Shown here: piece by piece, positions 9,282 to 18,900 of the stretch
Layout: each line of letters opens with the position of its first letter
Position numbering within the stretch: position 1 is the stretch's first letter
Origin: Desulfotalea psychrophila LSv54
GTDB lineage: Bacteria > Desulfobacterota > Desulfobulbia > Desulfobulbales > Desulfocapsaceae
Direction of reading: 5' to 3'
Assembly (NCBI RefSeq): GCF_000025945.1
Contig: NC_006138.1
Span: 540,001-572,000 of the forward strand
DNA length: 32,000 nt
The notes under the pieces: model-generated
What the model saw: only the letters and a program-made list of their open reading frames with translations
Told to the model about the DNA's origin: nothing
Databases searched by the model: none
Program-made: the position numbers and the translations under genes

Positions 9282-9874
9282 TGGCCATAGTCTGTTTAAG
9301 CAAAGATAATATCTTAATTGCAAAATTAGTAGCTCTTTATGGATCTCAAGAGGTTTCAGCATGGTCTGATTTTCACCTTTTACCAAAAGACCTTATGACC
9401 AATTGCGATGCACTGATTGTGGATTTAAAAGATTGTGTAGTACCGGTAAACACCTCTTGCCCCACACCCATTATTGTCCTGACAGGTGTGCCCACCTTTC
9501 AGGAGGCCCTTGCCCTGCTCCAACTTAATGTGAAGGGATATGGCAACCGGCAAATGCGTCAGGACAACATGCGGCAGGTGGTTGAAAATGTGAAGGCGGG
9601 ACAAATCTGGCTCCCTCCCTCCATAATCAATCAGCTCATTGCCACTGTCGGCACCGACAGCACCGCTAGCCACACAGCCAATGCCATTCTGAATAAGCTC
9701 AGCAAGCGCGAACAGGAAGTTGCCAGCTGCGTAGCTGAAGGTATGTCGAACCAGGAGATAGCCGACAAGATGTATGTGAGCCTGCGTACAGTGAAGGCCC
9801 ACCTCAGCTCAATCTATGAGAAGACCGGCCTGCGTAATCGTTTGGAATTGGGGCTTAAGCTGAAAAAACCTTAA
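9281..9874 (+). CDS. LuxR/FixJ-family transcriptional regulator with an atypical receiver-like N-terminal domain
   Basis: 197 aa. The C-terminal LuxR HTH is LSKREQEVASCVAEGMSNQEIADKMYVSLRTVKAHLSSIYEKTGLRNRLEL. The N-terminal domain keeps candidate Asp (ALIVDL), Thr (IIVLTG) and Lys (NVKGYG) positions but lacks the N-terminal acidic pair. Its start overlaps the lapC stop (TAATG at 9279..9283). Confidence 0.85.
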   Translation: MAIVCLSKDNILIAKLVALYGSQEVSAWSDFHLLPKDLMTNCDALIVDLKDCVVPVNTSCPTPIIVLTGVPTFQEALALLQLNVKGYGNRQMRQDNMRQVVENVKAGQIWLPPSIINQLIATVGTDSTASHTANAILNKLSKREQEVASCVAEGMSNQEIADKMYVSLRTVKAHLSSIYEKTGLRNRLELGLKLKKP

Positions 9875-9902
9875 TCCGCTTGAAAACTACACTATTAAGC
9901 CC

Positions 9903-9941
9903 AAAAGGCCTTGCCAGATATTTACTGGCAAGGCCTTTTTT
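9903..9941. terminator. Bidirectional rho-independent terminator between the convergent T1SS operon and the adhesin gene
   Basis: The 15-bp perfect stem is AAAAGGCCTTGCCAG-atattta-CTGGCAAGGCCTTTT. A T-run follows on the + strand and the A-run upstream gives a T-run on the - strand. It sits in the 103-bp gap between 9874 and 9978. Confidence 0.75.
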
Positions 9942-9977
9942 GTTAGATCCTCTCAACGCTTCAAATAACCTTAGCCA

Positions 9978-12900
9978 TTAATTGCTAGTTCCATCGTCAA
10001 AGATAATATGAATATTATCCAGCGCATTGTCGCTGTCAGTTGATAATGTAACTTGTATAGAATCACTACCATTTGAGAAGAGACCACCATCATGAACCCA
10101 CGTTCCTGTAGAGTTTTCTACATCGACAGTAACAGTGTCATTCGCCCCACCTTTAAGTTCAAGGACATGGATTATTTCACCTTCAGTTGTCGTCGTGAGC
10201 GACGTCATATCAAGAACATTATCCAGGGTTAGATTAATATTTTGAGCTGCAGGATCTGTAAGATCCAACCTTTCAATGTTTTGCACAGTTCCTTCTGCAA
10301 GATGACTAAAATCCAGTACTGCATCAGAGATCAACAGAGTGTCAAAGCCTCCACCACCGTCGATCCGTGTATCGGCTGCATCGAAGACGATGGTGTCATC
10401 ACCCTCGCCGGCATCGATGGTATCGCGCCCCTCTCCACCGTCAAGGTATTCGGAACTATCACTCCCCAGAAGATAGTCATTGCCCTCTTCACCGGATAGG
10501 GCTGCCTGCCCGTCCAAAATGACCCTTGAGGATCCACCTGCTTCGGTGTTATAGATACCAGATGTTTGTGTTCCGTCACTGAAGGCAACGGTAATACTTA
10601 CACCAGAGGTGCCAAAGTCTTCTCCGTTATTCTCCCCAAGATGGTCAGTATCAGCTCGGAACCAAAATTGATCTTGATTTGTGAACTCATCAGGATGAAA
10701 TGTAAATGTGAGCCTGCTACCACCATTTTCAGTAGTAAATCCAACATTATATGAATCAATACCAGCTGTGTCTTCGCCAATTTTCAAGTGATGATCTGAT
10801 AGATCAAAAATAGCATTTTCATTACCACCTGCACGTAAATCAAATGTAACAGCAGTAATAGAAATCGCTGCTTTGCCAGTGAATATCAGGCCAATCTGAT
10901 TGTCTGTGTAATATGTGTTTCCCGGACGTACTATTGCCTCAACAGTATAATCCACACTTTCTGCTGTATTAATAATCACATCATCACCTGATGTGCCAGT
11001 TAACTTAGAGGCGTTAGTCCGTGTAACATCAACCTTGGCTCTGTCACTTGCATTGCCTGAGGAAATTTCATAGGTGAACGATTCCCCATCTGCAACATTG
11101 GCCAAGGTAACTCCAGCCGATGTTGTTAAGAGATCTGTGCCACTCCCTGCTGCAACGGATGTCACAGACGTATTTCCTGTCCCGGAATCATTGGCAAGAA
11201 GTACATCATAATCGATATCTAGGCTAGTACCTTCATCTGCATTAGTGATAATACTGTCATAGTTTGCATCTAAATTTGCGACGTAATCCAGATGAATAAC
11301 AAGATCGACAGACTTGCTATCACCATCCTTATCTACGCCTGTAATGACAAATTTTTCCTCTTCCCCCAAGACTGTATTCTGAGGATTGATAAGGTAGATA
11401 TACTCTCCGGTTTCATAGTTTATATCAATGGTGCCTCCACGGTCAGTGTTGATACTTTCCGTTACCTTAGTAACTGGGACATATTTATGAAGAGTACCAT
11501 CAACGAGAATCGACTGAATATGGCCTCCATCGGCACCAAGAACAATACCACCATCACCAGACGCCATAAGGACTGAGGCATCGCCATGGGCAACACCTTC
11601 CCCTACGGTGTCGAGTAGGGTTTGCTTCAGATCAAAGGCATTAAGCACCTTAGTGAGATAAGGTTCCAGATCCCCATCGCCATCGGCGAAGGCGATTGGG
11701 GCCAGGGCCTCCAAACTCACACTGTTTGTAATACCAATGCCAAAGGAAATATCAATATCATTGTCTGTCACAAATTCTTCCCAATCTACTTTTGCATGAA
11801 GTGCACCATGATATTGATGAGGTTCACCATCAGAGATAAAATAGACTAGCGTTTTAGCAGCTGGTGGAGCCCAATAGCCTTCTGCAGTTTTATCTAAAGC
11901 ATTGTCATAACATGTGCCACCATTATCTGGAATAATATTATCAAGATAGGTATTAGCCCCATGTTTATCATCGATATACCATTCTGATTTCTCAGCATTA
12001 CTATCAAAGGGAACAAATTGAATATTAACATTGCCGAGGTTATCATAGGAGTCAAACATCGATGACAATGCCTCCTTGGCAACCTCTATTCGCGTAGAAT
12101 CAGTTCCCTCCAACGAGTAATCCATACTGCCCGATTTATCCAAGACAATAATCAGGTTTATTGTCTGGGATGCAGCGCTGCTATCCTCAATATTGTTGGA
12201 GATATTGGTTCCAACAGGGGCGTCATCAATGATCGAAATATCCAAATGTGACTCCACAGTATGTGGCTTACCATGCTGAACCTCATAGCTAATACTATCA
12301 ACTACACTATCCCCATCACTGCTCTTCGTGAGAGTATAAATATAATCCCCAGCCGAATGCCCATCAGCAGCTTTTGTATAAACCGTGATAGTTCCATGAT
12401 CTGTCTCTACGGTGATAGTATTTTCCCGCCTGGAGCCATCTTTATCTGCCACACTGACAATACGCCCACCATCCTCACCAAGCAAATTCCCCTCAGTGAT
12501 AATCGCCGCACTAGGGTCAGTACCCGCACTTTGCTCAGTAGCCTCAGCAAGACCTGCCTCATAGACAATGGCATTTGATCCTACAGAGGGGGTGACATTC
12601 AAGGTTACTGTTGCAACGTTTGATGTAGCGCCCTCTGTATCATCAACAGTATACGTAAAGGTATCTAGGCCGTGATAACCCTCATTTGGCTCATAGGTGA
12701 CAGTGCCATCGTCATGTCTGGTTACTGTGCCATGATCTGGTGGATCTGTGATAACTATTTTGCTTACATCAATTTCACCATCTATATCAGAATCATTGTC
12801 GGTGAGATTTAGGGTGATGGTGCTATCATTCCTGACATCAATTGATCCGGTCTCGGCATGTGATAAGTTATCTTTTGTCCATACATTCTTGCCATTACTA

Positions 12901-15900
12901 TCAAGCAAGTCTAAATCAAAGACATAGGCGCCACCCTGATCCCAGTAAATAATCTCTACATCATGCAAGCCTTCCTTCAGCGACAATGTAACCGGCTCTT
13001 CTATCTTAGTGGATGTAATAGCGTCATACCTGAACACGCTTACCCCATCTATGCGTAGATCAAAACCATCATCATGGGCAACGTTGAAGGTATAGTCGCC
13101 ACCATTTGTGATATTAAGCATACCCTCCATATGAAGAATACCATTGGTTGCATCTTCTAGACTACCATCTTTTATTGACTCTTCATTGTAGACCAGATCC
13201 TTACTACCACCTTTAATAAACTCTTTTAAGTGACTATCATCAATTGCATCTTTATTTTCATTTAAAATGATACCATCGGTTAAATTTCCCCTCATCACCC
13301 ACTCATGAGGGTCATAATTTCCATCACCGTTGCGATCGGTGTAACCATAGTTGATATCGGTGGAAATAAATGTCGCGTCAGCATCATTGCCTGAAATCAC
13401 TCGCTGCGCATCAGTTATATTAGCAATATGATGATCAACCCCATAATACTCAGAATGTAATCCACCAGTGACGTGCACTGGATCATCTATTGCTATTGGT
13501 GCCACGTTATAATCTTCAGTGTCAGTCACAGGGGTTGCTGTATTTCCCGCTGCATCGGTGGCAACAAAGCTTGCATTAATGGTCGTATCAGAATCCGCTG
13601 CAAGATCGCTTCCTGCTACATTTATACTGAAACGACCACCAGCTAATACACCACCGGTTGACTCAACTCCGTTTATCGTCAGGGTTACAATATCACCTGC
13701 TGTGAATTCTCCTGTTACACGACCAGTAATTGCTATTGTCTCATTTGCTTCTGTAGCGTTGATAACATCGTCTGCTGTAATATTTGGTGTAAGGGTAATT
13801 GTCGCAATTGGAGCGGTGGTATCACTGAGCTCTAAAGGCTCACTTGCCGGCGTCGCATCATTGCCAGCTGCATCACTGACATCTGCCGTAACAGTGTAGC
13901 TACCATGATCATCATAACCATTCAGATCCTGGTCTGTTAAAATCCAAATGTTGTCTGTAACCTCCGCGGTGCCAAGAAATACTGTTGTAGGATTCAATGG
14001 ATCGCTACTGTCGACAAGATTCACGGTGACAAACTGACCATTTTCAACATCAGTTGTCGTACCACTTATGCTTACATCGTCGTCTTCCGTATCGTCGGCT
14101 ATATTGTCACCTTCAATAGGGGTGTTAATGCTCACCGTAGGAACAGTCGTATCACTGAGTTCTAAAGCCTGTACTGCCTGCGTCGCTACGTTACCTGCTG
14201 CATCACTTACATCTGCCGTAATCGTGTAGTCGGAGTGATCAGCGTAAATACTCAGATTATGGTCTGCTAAAGTCCAGGTGTTACCCGTAACTGCGGCAGT
14301 ACCAAGAACTACTGTAACTGGATTGGCTGAATCGCTATTGTCAACAAGACTCACGGTCACATTCTGACCATCTTCAACACCGATGGTCGTTCCACTTATG
14401 CTTACATCATCGTCTTCCGTATCGTCGGCTATATTGTCGCCTTCAATAGGGGTATTAATGCTCACCGTAGGAACAGTCGTATCACTAAGTTCTAAAGCCT
14501 GTACTGCCTGTGTCGCTGCGTTACCTGCTGCATCACTTACATCTGCCGTAATCGTGTAGTCGGAGTGATCAGCGTAAATACTCAGATTATGGTCTGCTAA
14601 AGTCCAGGTGTTACCCGTAACTGCGGCAGTACCAAGAACTACTGTAACTGGATTGGCTGAATCGCTATTGTCAACAAGACTCACGGTCACATTCTGACCA
14701 TCTTCAACACCGATGGTCGTTCCACTTATGCTTACATCATCGTCTTCCGTATCGTCGGCTATATTGTCGCCTTCAATAGGGGTATTAATGCTCACCGTAG
14801 GAACAGTCGTATCACTAAGTTCTAAAGCCTGTACTGCCTGTGTCGCTGCGTTACCTGCTGCATCACTTACATCTGCCGTAATCGTGTAGTCGGAGTGATC
14901 AGCGTAAATACTCAGATTATGGTCTGCTAAAGTCCAGGTGTTACCCGTAACTGCGGCAGTACCAAGAACTACTGTAACTGGATTGGCTGAATCGCTATTG
15001 TCAACAAGACTCACGGTCACATTCTGACCATCTTCAACACCGATGGTCGTTCCACTTATGCTTACATCATCGTCTTCCGTATCGTCGGCTATATTGTCGC
15101 CTTCAATAGGGGTATTAATGCTCACCGTAGGAACAGTCGTATCACTAAGTTCTAAAGCCTGTACTGCCTGTGTCGCTGCGTTACCTGCTGCATCACTTAC
15201 ATCTGCCGTAATCGTGTAGTCGGAGTGATCAGCGTAAATACTCAGATTATGGTCTGCTAAAGTCCAGGTGTTACCCGTAACTGCGGCAGTACCAAGAACT
15301 ACTGTAACTGGATTGGCTGAATCGCTATTGTCAACAAGACTCACGGTCACATTCTGACCATCTTCAACACCGATGGTCGTTCCACTTATGCTTACATCAT
15401 CGTCTTCCGTATCGTCGGCTATATTGTCGCCTTCAATAGGGGTATTAATGCTCACCGTAGGAACAGTCGTATCACTAAGTTCTAAAGCCTGTACTGCCTG
15501 TGTCGCTGCGTTACCTGCTGCATCACTTACATCTGCCGTAATCGTGTAGTCGGAGTGATCAGCGTAAATACTCAGATTATGGTCTGCTAAAGTCCAGGTG
15601 TTACCCGTAACTGCGGCAGTACCAAGAACTACTGTAACTGGATTGGCTGAATCGCTATTGTCAACAAGACTCACGGTCACATTCTGACCATCTTCAACAC
15701 CGATGGTCGTTCCACTTATGCTTACATCATCGTCTTCCGTATCGTCGGCTATATTGTCGCCTTCGATCGGTGCGGTAATGCTCACCGTAGGAACAGTCGT
15801 ATCACTGAGTTCTAAAGCCTGTACTGCCTGTGTCGCTACGTTACCTGCTGCATCACTTACATCTGCCGTAATCGTGTAGTCGGAGTGATCAGCGTAAATA

Positions 15901-18900
15901 CTCAGATTATGGTCTGCTAAAGTCCAGGTGTTACCCGTAACTGCGGCAGTACCAAGAACTACTGTAACTGGATTGGCTGAATCGCTATTGTCAACAAGAC
16001 TCACGGTCACATTCTGACCATCTTCAACACCGATGGTCGTTCCACTTATGCTTACATCGTCGTCTTCCGTATCGTCGGCTATATTGTCGCCTTCGATCGG
16101 TGCGGTAATGCTCACCGTAGGAACAGTCGTATCACTGAGTTCTAAAGTCTGTACTGCCTGTGTCGCTGCGTTACCTGCTGCATCACTTACATCTGCCGTA
16201 ATCGTGTAGTCGGAGTGATCAGCGTAAATACTCAGATTATGGTCTGCTAAAGTCCAGGTGTTACCCGTAACTGCGGCAGTACCAAGAACTACTGTAACTG
16301 GATTGGCTGAATCGCTATTGTCAACAAGACTCACGGTCACATTCTGACCATCTTCAACACCGATGGTCGTTCCACTTATGCTTACATCGTCGTCTTCCGT
16401 ATCGTCGGCTATATTGTCGCCTTCGATCGGTGCGGTAATGCTCACCGTAGGAACAGTCGTATCACTGAGTTCTAAAGTCTGTACTGCCTGTGTCGCTGCG
16501 TTACCTGCTGCATCACTTACATCTGCCGTAATCGTGTAGTCGGAGTGATCAGCGTAAATACTCAGATTATGGTCTGCTAAAGTCCAGGTGTTACCCGTAA
16601 CTGCGGCAGTACCAAGAACTACTGTAACTGGATTGGCTGAATCGCTATTGTCAACAAGACTCACGGTCACATTCTGACCATCTTCAACACCGATGGTCGT
16701 TCCACTTATGCTTACATCGTCGTCTTCCGTATCGTCGGCTATATTGTCGCCTTCAATAGGGGTATTAATGCTCACCGTAGGAACAGTCGTATCACTGAGT
16801 TCTAAAGCCTGTACTGCCTGTGTCGCTGCGTTACCTGCTGCATCACTTACATCTGCCGTAATCGTGTAGTCGGAGTGATCAGCGTAAATACTCAGATTAT
16901 GGTCTGCTAAAGTCCAGGTGTTACCCGTAACTGCGGCAGTACCAAGAACTACTGTAACTGGATTGGCTGAATCGCTATTGTCAACAAGACTCACGGTCAC
17001 ATTCTGACCATCTTCAACACCGATGGTCGTTCCACTTATGCTTACATCGTCGTCTTCCGTATCGTCGGCTATATTGTCGCCTTCAATAGGGGTATTAATG
17101 CTCACCGTAGGAACAGTCGTATCACTGAGTTCTAAAGCCTGTACTGCCTGTGTCGCTGCGTTACCTGCTGCATCACTTACATCTGCCGTAATCGTGTAGT
17201 CGGAGTGATCAGCGTAAATACTCAGATTATGGTCTGCTAAAGTCCAGGTGTTACCCGTAACTGCGGCAGTACCAAGAACTACTGTAACTGGATTGGCTGA
17301 ATCGCTATTGTCAACAAGACTCACGGTCACATTCTGACCATCTTCAACACCGATGGTCGTTCCACTTATGCTTACATCGTCGTCTTCCGTATCGTCGGCT
17401 ATATTGTCGCCTTCGATCGGTGCGGCAATGCTCACCGTAGGAACAGTCGTATCACTGAGTTCTAAAGTCTGTACTGCCTGTGTCGCTGCGTTACCTGCTG
17501 CATCACTTACATCTGCCGTAATCGTGTAGTCGGAGTGATCAGCGTAAATACTCAGATTATGGTCTGCTAAAGTCCAGGTGTTACCCGTAACTGCGGCAGT
17601 ACCAAGAACTACTGTAACTGGATTGGCTGAATCGCTATTGTCAACAAGACTCACGGTCACATTCTGACCATCTTCAACACCGATGGTCGTTCCACTTATG
17701 CTTACATCGTCGTCTTCCGTATCGTCGGCTATATTGTCGCCTTCAATAGGGGTATTAATGCTCACCGTAGGAACAGTCGTATCACTGAGTTCTAAAGCCT
17801 GTACTGCCTGTGTCGCTGCGTTACCTGCTGCATCACTTACATCTGCCGTAATCGTGTAGTCGGAGTGATCAGCGTAAATACTCAGATTATGGTCTGCTAA
17901 AGTCCAGGTGTTACCCGTAACTGCGGCAGTACCAAGAACTACTGTAACTGGATTGGCTGAATCGCTATTGTCAACAAGACTCACGGTCACATTCTGACCA
18001 TCTTCAACACCGATGGTCGTTCCACTTATGCTTACATCGTCGTCTTCCGTATCGTCGGCTATATTGTCGCCTTCGATCGGTGCGGCAATGCTCACCGTAG
18101 GAACAGTCGTATCACTGAGTTCTAAAGTCTGTACTGCCTGTGTCGCTGCGTTACCTGCTGCATCACTTACATCTGCCGTAATCGTGTAGTCGGAGTGATC
18201 AGCGTAAATACTCAGATTATGGTCTGCTAAAGTCCAGGTGTTACCCGTAACTGCGGCAGTACCAAGAACTACTGTAACTGGATTGGCTGAATCGCTATTG
18301 TCAACAAGACTCACGGTCACATTCTGACCATCTTCAACACCGATGGTCGTTCCACTTATGCTTACATCGTCGTCTTCCGTATCGTCGGCAACATTATCCA
18401 CTTCTATAGGGTTATCTATACTCACCGTCGGGGCAGTTGTATCACCCATAGTAGCTGTACCGCTACCAGAAACAGAGATATTTCCAGCCTGATCGGTGAG
18501 GGTTGCACTTACGGTTATTCCATCACCATCCGCTGGTCGGTCGTATTCAAGTTTGAGTCCGCTATCAATAATATCCTGGGTTACAGGATGTGCTGTTACA
18601 GTTCCATCGGGGTTGGTTACATTAAGAACATCATCTACTAATGCACCAGCAGGTGCTGTAACAGTTACATCAACCTTACCGTCAATCTCGGTATTACTAA
18701 TAGTTCCGTCAGTATCACGATCTTCGCTAATAACAACCGTTGGCGCTACGGTGGCTGTTGTATCCCCCATAGTAGCTGTACCGCTACCAGAACCAGAGGT
18801 ATTCCCAGCCTGATCGGTGAGGGTTGCACTTACGGTTATGCCATCACCATCCGCTGGTCGGTCGTATTCAAGTTTGAGTCCGTTATCAAGAATATCCTGG

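Noticed and set aside
9425-9802. 125-aa ORF antisense to the LuxR-type regulator, and similar antisense ORFs inside lapB, lapC, lapD, the helicase gene and gspE
   Set aside because: They are fully embedded opposite strongly supported CDSs and have no independent motifs or ribosome-binding sites.
13818-18437. Regular tandem repeat array that could be mistaken for a CRISPR or satellite locus
   Set aside because: The period is 330 nt with no unique spacers. The array is in frame and encodes Ig-like adhesin domains, so it is not a CRISPR array.
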